Below, one piece after another: positions 1 to 10,650 of a DNA stretch of 64,000 bases. The stretch is from NCBI GenBank assembly GCA_026770705.1, contig JANJGN010000002.1, positions 179,118,001 to 179,182,000 on the forward strand. The letters are read 5' to 3'. Position 1 is the stretch's first letter; the number at the start of each line of letters is the position of its first letter. The notes below the pieces were generated by a model that saw only the letters and a list, made by a program, of their open reading frames with translations, was not told the DNA's origin and searched no databases. The DNA is from Isurus oxyrinchus (taxonomy: Eukaryota). The position numbers and the translations under genes are program-made.

Positions 1-132
1 CCACACCTCAGGTGAGGTTGAGAAGGCGGAGCCTTCATGGATGACCTCAGCCAGTGCGGGAATTGGACCTGCACTGTTGGCGTCACTGTGCCTCACAAAC
101 CAACCGTCCAACCAACTGAGCTAACTGACCCC
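1..132 (-). mobile_element. tRNA-derived SINE, 5' head (cut by window edge)
   Basis: The minus strand begins GGGGTCAGTTAGCTCAGTTGG (A-box-like) and has GGTCCAATTCC (degenerate B box). It is similar to the copy at 10400-10650. Confidence 0.6.
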
Positions 133-1477
133 CTGTACTTAGGATCTCTTACTTTTCTCACTCGCTGGATGTGGTCCTTGAGTCGCTTTCATCAGCAACT
201 CTATTCCATCTGAGTTCCTTGAATACAATTAACACTGGCAAGGCACAGTTTCCCAAAACCCCTCTTCCTCAGGTACCTAATGGGTAGCTCATCAAAGTTT
301 CTTCTCAACTGACTAACCAATAGCACCCCAGATCACAGTCTAGTCATGTCTGATTCAAACACCCAGCTCTTTAGCATATCTGAGTGATTGACACCACCTT
401 TTGGTTTTATTCCCTTTTGGCTAGCTCGCCTATTGCTTCACCAAGAACTCTTGTCTGTGAAAAATGACCCTTATTTTAGAGAACTTTGCTTGCTTCTGAA
501 CACCAGAGATCTTTGAGTTCTGCACAACAGGCATAAACCTTATACCCCAATTAGCTTCTATTTGTATTTTTTTGTTACCTTGCTTGCTTTTCCACGGCAA
601 CCTCAAGACACTGGGTCATTTCTCAGAAATGATCTCATAGTCAGAAAATCCAGTTGTACCAGCCTTTCACTTTGGCCAGGGGATGTCTCAAAAATACAAG
701 CTTCTTGCAAACTGCAGAGTTCATTACACTACATAATTTGTTTTGGATGTAATGAAATCACTTTCAGATTCAATAGAAAACGCTATCATATGATGGCCAT
801 TCTTCCACAGACGTGGCATTACGACAAAGTTATTCATTAACTCTTTCTCTTTGCACAGTGCTAGATTCAAAATAGCCTGTTCCCTAATTGATTCCTCAAC
901 ATGTTGATTTAGAATACTTGAAACCTAGACCACAGTTTTAAGAAGATTAAGCAGATGTTTCTGAGGGAACATTTGGGAGGGGAAACTTAACAGACATGAT
1001 GAGAGGTGAATTGGGTATGCCAGAGGAAAAAAAATTGCTCATTCGCATGTGGATTTGTGCGTTGGATAGACCTGAAGAGGGATATTATAATCCCTGAAGT
1101 TCAACCTTTAAGAATTTATTTTGCATTTCGACTGCATGCTTGTAGTCTCAAAGTGAAGTAACCACTTCATACCTGCTTGCTTAAGACCCATGACTGAAGG
1201 CCAACTTGTCGTATTATGTGTGTACCCAATTTTGGGGAAATTCTCATTTTAAAACCAATAATGTTCCACAACTTGACAAAGGGAAGAATCAGTTTTGCCA
1301 AGAATGTGCATGAAGTAGGTTTTCTTAAATCATCCCAGCATTTAATATTTGTGTTGTCTGCTTATTGCACTCTTAAAATTGTAATGGGTAAAATGTGTGT
1401 GTGCAGTATAAACAGATCATTAGATTTAACAAGGCATAAACCAACCAACATCACTAAAACAGATTATCTCTTGGGAT

Positions 1478-4400
1478 AAAAACAAAGAAAACTGCGGATG
1501 CTGGAAATCCAAAACAAAAACAGAATTACCTGGAAAAACTCAGCAGGTCTGGCAGCATCGGCGGAGAAGAAAAGAGTTGACGTTTCGAGTCCTCATGACC
1601 CTTCGACAGAACTTGATTTCGAGTCCGAGAAAGAGTTGAAATATAAGCTGGTTTAAGGTGTGTGTGTGGGGGGCGGAGAGATAGAGAGAGTGAGAGGTGG
1701 TTGTGTGGACAAACAAGCATTGATAGAAGCAGATCATCAAAAGATGTCAGCAACAATGGTACAATAGAACACATAGGTGTTAAAGTTAAAGTTGGTGATA
1801 TTATCTAAACGAATGTGCTAATTAAGAATGGATGGTAGGGCACTCAAGGTACAGCTCTAGTGGGGGTGGAGGGAGCATAAAAGATTTTAAAATATTTAAA
1901 AATAATGGAAATAGGTGGGAAAAGAAAAATCTATATAATTTATTGGGGGGAAAAAAAAGGAGGGAAACAAAGGGGGTGGGGATGGGGGAGGGAGCTCACG
2001 ACCTAAAGTTGTTGAATTCAGTATTCAGACCGGAAGGCTGTAAGGTGCCTAGTCGGAAGATGAGGTGTTGTTCCTCCAGTTTGCGTTGGGCTTCACTGGA
2101 ACAATGCAGCAAGCCAAGGACAGACATGTGGGCAAGAGAGCAGCGTGGAGTGTTAAAATGGCAAGCGACAGGGAGGTTTGGGTCATTCTTGCGGACAGAC
2201 CGCAGGTGTTCTGCAAAGCGGTTGCCCAGTTTATGTTTGGTCTCTCCAATGTAGAGGAGACCACATTGGGAGCAACGAATGCAGTAGACTAAGTTGGGGG
2301 AAATGCAAGTGAAATGCTGCTTCACTTGAAAGGAGTGTTTGGGCCCTTGGGCGGTGAGGAGAGAGGAAGTGAAGGGGCAGGTGTTACATCGTTTGCGTGG
2401 GCATGGGGTGGTGCCATAGGAGGGGGTTGAGGAGTACGGGGTGATGGAGGGGTGGACCAGGGTGTCCCGGAGTGAGCAATCCCTACGGAATGCCGATAAG
2501 GGGGGTGAAGGGAAGATGTGTTTGGTGGTGGCATCATGCTGGAGTTGGCGGAAATGGCGGAGGATGATCCTTTGAATGCGGAGGCTGGTGGGGTGATAAG
2601 TGAGGACAAGGGGGACCCTATCATGTTTCTGGGAGGGAGGAGAAGGCGTGAGGGCGGATGCACGGGAGATGGGCCGGACACGGTTGAGGGCCCTGTCAAC
2701 GACCGTGGGTGGAAAACCTCGGTTAAGGAAGAAGGAGGACATGTCAGAGGAACCGTTTTTGAAGGTAGCATCATCGGAACAGATGCGACGAAGGCGAAGG
2801 AACTGGGAGAATGGGATGAAGTCCTTACTGGAAGCGGGGTGTGAGGAGCTGTAGTCGATCGTCTCAGCTTGCTCCTGCCCCACAGAACTCATTTCTCGTT
2901 ATCTTGACTCCCTTCTCTCTCCCCTTGTCCAGTCCCTTTCCACCTACATCCGTGATTCCTCTGACACCTTACGTCACATCAACAATTTCCAGTTCCCTGG
3001 CCCCAACCGCTTCCTCTTCACCATGGACGTCCAATCCCTCTACACCTCCATCCCCCACCAGGATGGTCTGAGGGCCCTTAGCTTCTTCCTCGAACAGAGG
3101 CCCGAACAATCCCCATCCACCACTACTCTCCTCCGTATGGCTGAACTTGTTCTCACGTTGAACAATTTCTCCTTCAACTCCTCTCACTTCCTCCAAATAA
3201 AAGGTGTGGCTATGGGTACCCGCATAGGCCCCAGCTATGCCTGTCTCTTTATGGGGTATGTGGAACATTCCTTGTTGCAGTCCTACTCTGGCCCCCTTCC
3301 ACAACTTTTTCTCCGGTACATCGATGATTACTTCGGTGCCGCTTCATGCTCTCGTCGGGACTTGGAAAAATTTATTAATTTTGCTTCCAATGTCCACCCC
3401 TCCATCATTTTCACGTGGTCCATCTCTGACACTTCCCTTCCCTTCCTTGACCTCTCTGTCTCAATCTCTGGTGATAGACTGTCCACCAATATCCATTACA
3501 AACCCACCGACTCCCACAGCTACCTCGACTACAGCTCCTCACACCCCGCTTCCTGTAAGGACTCCATCCCATTCTCCCAGTTCCTTCGCCTTCGTCGCAT
3601 CTGTTCCGATGATGCTACCTTCAAAAACAGTTCCTCTGACATGTCCTCCTTCTTCCTTAACCGAGGTTTTCCACCCACGGTCGTTGACAGGGCCCTCAAC
3701 CGTGTCCGGCCCATCTCCCGCGCATCCGCCCTCACGCCTTCTCCTCCCTCCCAGAAACATGATAGGGTCCCCCTTGTCCTCACTTATCACCCCACCAGCC
3801 TCCGCATTCAAAGGATCATCCTCCACCATTTCCGCCAACTCCAGCATGATGCCACCACCAAACACATCTTCCCTTCACCCCCCTTATCGGCATTCCGTAG
3901 GGATCGCTCCCTCCAGGACACCCTGGTCCACTCCTCCATTACCCCCTACTCCTCAACCCCCTCCTATGGCACCACCCCATGCCCACGCAAAGATGTAACA
4001 CCTGCCCCTTCACTTCCTCTCTCCTCACCGTCCAAGGGCCCAAACACTCCTTTCAAGTGAAGCAGCATTTCACTTGCATTTCCCCCAACTTAGTCTACTG
4101 CATTCGTTGCTCCCAATGTGGTCTCCTCTACATTGGAGAGACCAAACGTAAACTGGGCGACCGCTTTGCAGAACACCTGCGGTCTGTCCGCAAGAATGAC
4201 CCAAACCTCCCTGTCGCTTGCCATTTTAACACTCCACCCTGCTCTCTTGCCCACATGTCTGTCCTTGGCTTGCTGCATTGTTCCAGTGAAGCCCAACGCA
4301 AACTGGAGGAACAACACCTCATCTTCCGACTAGGCACCTTACAGCCTTCTGGTCTGAATATTGAATTCAACAACTTTAGGTCGTGAGCTCCCTCCCCCAT

Positions 4401-4858
4401 CCCCACCCCCTTTCTGTTTCCCCCCTTTTTTTTCCCCCAATAAATTATATAGATTTTTCTTTTCCCACCTATTTCCATTATTTTTAAATATTTTAAAATC
4501 TTTTATGCTCCCTCCACCCCCACTAGAGCTGTACCTTGAGTGCCCTACCATCCATTCTTAATTAGCACATTTGTTTAGATAATATCTTTAACTTTAACAC
4601 CTATGTGTTCTATTGTACCATTGTTGCTGACATCTTTTGATGATCTGCTTCTATCACTTCTTGTTTGTCCACACAACCACCTCTCTCTCTCTCTCTATCT
4701 CTCCGCCCCCCACACACACACCTTAAACCAGCTTATATTTCAACTCTTTCTTGGACTCGAAATCAAGTTCTGTCAAAGGGTCATGAGGACTCGAAACGTC
4801 AACTCTTCTCCGCCGATGCTGCCAGACCTGCTGAGTTTTTCCAGGTAATTCTGTTTTT
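1478..4858. mobile_element. Penelope-like retroelement (family 1), tail-out inverted duplication with 14-bp TSD
   Basis: The reverse arm 1478-2858 mirrors the forward arm ~3525-4858. TTATCTCTTGGGAT occurs at 1464-1477 and 4857-4870. The element encodes RT and GIY-YIG. Confidence 0.95.
3023..4386 (+). pseudogene. 5'-truncated Penelope RT + GIY-YIG endonuclease ORF, frameshifted near 3990
   Basis: RT motifs DVQSLYTSIP, QIKGVAMGT and RYIDD; GIY-YIG module NLVYCIRCSQCGLLYIGET..LGDRFAEH. Split across ORFs 3023-4060 and 3979-4386. Confidence 0.92.
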
Positions 4859-5069
4859 ATCTCTTGGGATGTTGGTGTGAGTAAATTGGCGGCTGCCATT
4901 TCCTACATTATCATAGTGACCGCACTTAAAAGTTTACTTTGAAGTATCCACAGATTGTTAAAGGCATTTATATCTTTCCTAACCACTCTTCTTGAATGTT
5001 CCATGTTGAGCACCTTCCTGTTTCACAGTCTTGAGAAACTGATTGTTAAAAGATTTTTTTAAAATTCCG

Positions 5070-5255
5070 AATTACACTCAGAAACGAACTTCAACAAAAA
5101 TATTTTTTGTTTCTGTCGGGCTCATTGGATTATTTGTTTGCTTCTTCGGGCATAGATACCTAAAAACAGAATTATTCTTCATGGGGTTCGTTTTCCTGGG
5201 ATTTCTGTCCTTCATTCTTCTTGTACGAATGCTTGTGCTGCCATTATGATGTTTT
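5070..5255 (+). pseudogene. TM7SF3-like coding fragment inside MFSD1 intron
   Basis: TSTKIFFVSVGLIGLFVCFFGHRYLKTELFFMGFVFLGFLSFILLVRM matches the recalled TM7SF3 motif FFICFFGHRFWKTELFFIGF. The following 'YDV' lies in a shifted frame. No other TM7SF3 exons were seen. Confidence 0.75.
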
Positions 5256-5333
5256 CGCATAATGAGCTGTTTGTAAGCTTTTGCTGTCTAAATGTATTTT
5301 TTTCCATTTTAATGTTAAAACATGCAATTTCAG

Positions 5334-5446
5334 CATGCAGTCCATACAAAATTTGGGTCTTGCCGTGATTGCAATTGCTGCAGGTTCCATATTGGATTCC
5401 AAAGGATATCTGTTTCTCGAAGTATTTTTCTGTGCTTGTCTTTGTG
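5334..5446 (+). CDS. MFSD1: MFSD1-like lysosomal MFS transporter, internal exon
   Basis: cag acceptor at 5331-5333 and GTAAGT donor at 5447. Encodes MQSIQNLGLAVIAIAAGSILDSKGYLFLEVFFCACLC, matching recalled MFSD1 MQSIQNLGLA..ILDSRGYLFLEVFF. Confidence 0.93.
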
Positions 5447-5732
5447 GTAAGTATTGTATTTTCAGCACTTTGTTTTCTTATTTGATGGACCAGTTGGATG
5501 GCTGAGTACGGTTGACTTTTAGTGAATGATATCTAAACTTAACATGGGACAGTCGAACCAGAAAATATATTGAAATGTCTTTTAATAACTTGTAAGGAAA
5601 TATTGGTGCCACATTAGTCCTCAATCTTTTTTTAAGATATTGAATGTTCGTTGACAATATAGAACTGGATGTTGTTTTTGAACGAGAACTTTAAAAAAAA
5701 AAATTAGATGGTGGGAAGATGGAGCCTCACTG

Positions 5733-6554
5733 TGTTATGATCACCATAAGGACTGATTTTTTAAAAAGAAATTGAGCTTCCACTACAATCTCACAACACT
5801 AAACATTTCATTAAGCAGCATATACTCTAAACTACAATGAGGTTGCCCATTAACCTCTAAACTGACTGAAAATGCCCTTCCATCGTTATACTTTGTCCCT
5901 TAGGTGGACTCTTCTTTCTCCAGGAATCAGTTAAAGATGATTCTTGGTTCTTTTTTTTTCCCAGCTGGGTAGCTCCTAATCCCAGAACTGACTTTCACAG
6001 TGAAGGACAAACTGGAGATTCTTCCCTCTAGCTACAGCTAGAGTGAATAATAGAGTGAATATCTACAGTGAATAATAGAGACTTGCTGCCTCTATCTCAG
6101 TGCACTTTCCCTTAGATTCTTGCAGACTGTGTCTGTGCGATTTAGGGATATCTTGGGACAACCTCCAACCCAATACTATTTCTTCCTATGGCCTCTTCCC
6201 CTCTCAAAACTAAATCTCCATGGCAATGTGAACTTCTAGAGCCTTATATCCAGATAGAAATGTTAATTAGCTATCCTCTAGACCCCCAACTTCACAGTTT
6301 AAAGTATAACATTTATAAATTCTGACATGCCTAACATCTCTTTGGAACTTGGAGTCTATCCACTCTCAGCACTGCTGCTTAGGCCATTGTTTGCAGGTGT
6401 GAATATTTTGCACCTTCATCCCACAAAAACAACCTGACGCACCCTCACCCCTTTAACAACCAAGCCACCCAAGCTTGTTGTCAGGCAGAATTCAGAACAG
6501 GTCACATGACCCATTCATCCCTCCATTTTCCCCCTAAGTTAAAGTCCCATAACA
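5733..6554. mobile_element. possible degraded solo LTR
   Basis: Termini TGTTATGA...CCATAACA form a short inverted repeat, as in the other LTRs here. No TSD was found. Confidence 0.35.
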
Positions 6555-7193
6555 TCATAACTGCTCTGCTGAAAAGTAAACTTTTTTTTGACCACTTACA
6601 AAAATGACCTTAGGTGTAAAGATAACATGTGCTTTGGATTAGTTTGTTTCTATTTTGAACAAGGTTTAAATGAAGTAGAACTGGACAGCATTCTTATTGA
6701 GACATATCACATCTTTTTGAGTACTGGTGTGTAATCTATTCCCATGGGTGGCGGTGTGAGTAGTAGTCTCCTCCTGCCACCCCAACCACCAGCACCAACA
6801 CACTGAATAATGGTGATTAAAAGGTAGAACATTACTTTGTAACAAAGTATTGAAGAAGTATTTTGTGACAAAGAATGTGATGGGTTGTATTACCCTAAAT
6901 TGAATGCCTTTCCCTCTTCTGGCAAGGATGTGTTCCTCTACAGATGCTGGTAGTTTTCTAACCAAGATCATTGTTTTCTTTAAATGTCACTCAGAAGTGC
7001 TGTTTATAACTTGGCGATTTTTTTCAAATTTATTCCCTCATAGCATTAAATCAGTGCTTTAACAGTCAAAATTTATAATGTTAGTATTCATGTTTTGCAG
7101 TTAGTTTTCACCAATACCAAGACCAGAAAAATAAATTCTGATGGATTCTTCACACTGCAATGAAACTTTAGCAGACAATTGTTAGAAGTTTAA

Positions 7194-7413
7194 TTTGAGT
7201 ATCGCTGAAAAAAGACATGTCAAAGCTTTTCATCTTGCAGTCATCAGGACATTCATAAGAATACCAACTGTAAAGGGAACAGCAATTGATTGGTCGCCAC
7301 TCTCTTCTCATGAAGCATAAACTGATGTTCCCTTTAAATCTGGCACTCTTATGAATGTCCTGATGAGTGCAAGAGAAAAGCTTCCATGTGTCTTTATTTC
7401 AGCAATACTCAAA
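7194..7413. repeat. palindromic mini-element made of two inverted PLE family-2 terminal repeats
   Basis: The left arm TTTGAGTATCGCTGAAAAAAGACATGTCAAAGCTTTTCATCTTGCAGTCATCAGGACATTCATAAGA is an imperfect reverse complement of the right arm TCTTATGAATGTCCTGATGAGTGCAAGAGAAAAGCTT...TTCAGCAATACTCAAA. Confidence 0.8.
7218..7251 (-). ncRNA. minimal hammerhead ribozyme motif (PLE family 2)
   Basis: The minus strand reads TGTC-CTGATGA-CTGCAAGAT-GAAA-AGCTT-T-GACA: CUGANGA and GAAA cores, TGTC/GACA stem I, and palindromic AAGCTT. A mirror copy lies at ~7356-7387 (+). Confidence 0.65.
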
Positions 7414-7518
7414 AAAAAAGCGTAATCTTCAATTAAAATTGTTTGTACTTTTTTGTTCATTTTAGTTCAATGATGTGTATTTGTCTGGGTTCAACTACAG
7501 TTTGTTTTTATCTTCCAG

Positions 7519-7566
7519 TGGCGCTTATAGCTGTTGTAGTGCTCTACTTTGTGGATTTGTTGTCAG
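7519..7566 (+). CDS. MFSD1: MFSD1-like exon (VALIAVVVLYFVDLLS)
   Basis: Polypyrimidine tract plus cag acceptor and GTATGA donor. Phase 1/1 is compatible with both neighbours. Encodes the last TM helix. Confidence 0.9.
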
Positions 7567-7655
7567 GTATGAACATAAGAATGAAATTTTTCTTTTCTCA
7601 CCTCAAAAAGTGCCTCCAAAACTATTCATAGTGACCTTTGTTTTAAACTTTTTAG

Positions 7656-7716
7656 AAGGTGACCTCAATGTGACTTCATGGAATCGTTTAAAACTCCAAG
7701 CTGTTGCTGCAGCAGA
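7656..7716 (+). CDS. MFSD1: MFSD1-like exon (EGDLNVTSWNRLKLQAVAAAE)
   Basis: TAG/AAG tandem (NAGNAG) acceptor and GTAAGT donor at 7717. Resembles the recalled MFSD1 'GGNLNYS' segment. Confidence 0.88.
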
Positions 7717-8979
7717 GTAAGTACTTATATTTGGATGGCGAGGCTGTGGTCTTAAAAATCCAATCAATGAGTGTATAAGACTGGGAGACTGAAAATTTGG
7801 TGAAAACTGTCAGTAATTGAAGTGTGTGGTTCAGTTTCAAAGTACAATCTGCAATTAACTGCTTTGAGAAATTGCCTGCTTTGTGCCGACTAATGCCATT
7901 TAAAACAGTTGGATATATGAATTCTGTGAAAAAAATTCATTTTATTGTGAAGAGGAGGAAGGCGAGAAAAAGAAATCATTGCAGACTGATATTAATGTCT
8001 TCCGAGCCCAAACTTTCAGTAATTTCAACTTTTTTGGAAATGATATTCAATATATTCAGTATAGGAAACGTTTTCTGACTTTGCTTACCCATATGCTGAA
8101 TTAACTTTATTTTGCCCAACATTGTGGATCCTAGCCCTTAACTTAGTTTTTTTTTAACTTTGACCTTTAAAGTTCAAAAAGTTTAAAGAAACCTTTAATA
8201 TGAGTCCTAAGTTTGTGATGTGAGACATTATTTGCTAAAATAAACACTCCACCAAAATTCAGTAACTTGTAAATTATTTTAACATTGCTGAAGTACTATA
8301 GTGTGTAGTATTTGCAGATGAGTTATAAATGGATACACATCTTTGATCCAATTTTAAAAAGCTTCTAGTATGGGCATTTCTAGTTTCCAATGTATTTCCT
8401 GTAGCTGCAGCGAATGGTGTGACATCGAGGAACAAAATAAATATTCTTCTCAAATCAAATCGTGATTGTTATCAAATTAGTGACCAGTACTTATCCACTC
8501 CTTTGGAAATAGTTTAATGACTTTAGACTTGAGTAGGATTGGATTTGGAACACATGTTGTATGCATAAAATGCAGCTATGATTTTTTAAAAACCTTCAAT
8601 TTAATACATGTATAGAGGCCAAACAAGTGCATGGATATTGGGTTTGGGGTACAAAATTGCATCTTTTATTTTAATTCATCATTTGTCACTGTTCGCATAA
8701 AAACAAGCTAACGTGGGCAGAGTCACCAAGAATCATTAGCTGATTGAGAACTTTGATACCACTGTCCCTAGTTAACTACGAATATGTAGCTCCATTTTGG
8801 ACGCCTTATCGGGCATCTTTCTCATGTCAATGGCAGTAATCTCAGCTATCGGTCAGTGGATTAGAAATCCGAATTCTGTCATGCACAGCCTGTCTACCAT
8901 ATCCCTTGATTTTGGTAACCAAAAGCCCATGGAAAAGGATATCTGAAAAATTAAGAGACAACTAATAATCCCTCTAAAG

Positions 8980-9130
8980 TAAAAACAGAAAATGCTGGAA
9001 ATACTTAGCAGATGAAAGTCCTTGAAATGTTAACTTTGTTTCTCTCTCCATAGATGTTTCTTGACCTGCTGAATATTTCCAGCACTTTGTTTTTGTTTCA
9101 AATTTCCAGCATGCACTGTATTCTGCTTTT
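8980..9130. repeat. old palindromic PLE terminal-repeat remnant
   Basis: AAAAACAGAAAATGCTGGAAATACTTAGCAG on the left is inverted against CTGCTGAATATTTCCAGCACTTTGTTTTT on the right. Related remnants occur at ~20447-20600, ~26098-26290 and ~55970-56120. Confidence 0.6.
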
Positions 9131-10399
9131 CAATTAATGATTCTTTACACACAATTTAGGACAGTGTATGGTTTCTTTGGAAAAATGTTATTGCAACCCC
9201 TCCTATTCCAAATATAAGGTCATATGGTATTCCATTATATATGGCTGAATTATTGTATTGTACAAAGCTTGAGAAAAAAATTACTGAAAACTGCAAGTAT
9301 CCAAAATGCTGGAAGCCCAATGAAGTTGGCAATTTGACATTCAATTCTGCCAGCTACTCTTGTCTTCCCTGGCAAAGACGAGACATCACAGTAAGGTGAC
9401 TGGCTCCCTCCTAATGGAATGGTGGCATGCACTGACTGAGCTGTACCTCTGCTGGTTGATCAGAATAGAATAATGTTTGTGGGTAAGCCGATTATTCAGA
9501 GTATTCCACTCTCCTGGTTTATTTGGATTAGATGGTTGTCGGGTAGTTTTATTTGAAAATTGTATGTAATAAGTGCTTGAATGTTTTTGTAGTGAAAAGT
9601 ATAATGGTTGGCTAAAGCTTTTACTTAGGAAAATGTCAGTTTTAACTCTTCGTGTGTTTGGGTTATTTTAATGACCTCCTTGATGAGATTCAATCTAGTA
9701 TCATAATATTGAGCTTACTGTGGAAGATTTTAGCAGAGCATAATACAACTGCAATGAAGGGATTTGTTTTTAATTTGAATTGTATGAAAATTGGCTCATG
9801 TTTTGTCACTAATTTTATTGCACATATCCTTGGGCTTATTTCTGTGCAATTGATTTAAGCTGTGAATTTTGCTGATATCAATCCTCTGATAATGAAAAGA
9901 ACTTTCCTCTATTTTCTTTAGAGCAAAATGTCCAACACTTTAATATTATAGAACAATAGAAAAAAATTACATATTTGAAAATCTCGTTCTACATCAAGTA
10001 ATGTTTACTGTAAAAACAGTATTCACTTTGCTTACTTTTGTTTGCTCTTATATGTAACTCAAGCTGTGCAAGCGCCATCTTGTTTAAGCTTTTTGCTTGA
10101 AGATAACTGTTCTGTCTAAACTACCCCGATCAAAACACTTAAGTAGAAATCCACTGTGGTTTTGGCATATTGTATAAATATATTCTAATTTATATCAACA
10201 TAGTCCCTTATGCTTTTCTGGAATTGAATGAATCTGTTACCTGTGTCCGGTGAGATGTAATAAGAAACCCGAGCTCTGAATTGTACCAAGTGCTTTGCAG
10301 AAATCCAAATTCTAGCACGTATATTGTGAAGATTTTTGCCATTAACTGTAATCTTTTATATTGGGTTTTGTTTTACTATCCTGGATGCTGCTACAGAAT

Positions 10400-10650
10400 A
10401 GCATCACTCATTCATTCATTTATTCTACCTGAAGGCGAGCCCTTGGCTCATTATCTGCAGATGGATCATCCTGAGCCATTTTCTTGGCAGTTTTGGCCAA
10501 TGGTGGTTTACCATTGCCTTCCATTCTTTGGGGCAGGGAGAGGAAGCAGGTCTCAAGTCTACCTCAGCCAGAATGGGAATCGAACCTGTGTTGTTGGTGT
10601 TATTCTGAACCACAGACTAGCCACCTAGCCAACTGAGCTAATTGGCCCCC
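10400..10650 (-). mobile_element. tRNA-derived SINE
   Basis: The minus strand begins GGGGCCAATTAGCTCAGTTGG and contains GGTTCGATTCC (B box). Confidence 0.7.

Noticed and set aside
1526-2854. Many short overlapping ORFs in Penelope arms (also 51643-53375)
   Set aside because: They are alternate-frame or antisense translations of repeat sequence that recur in each copy.
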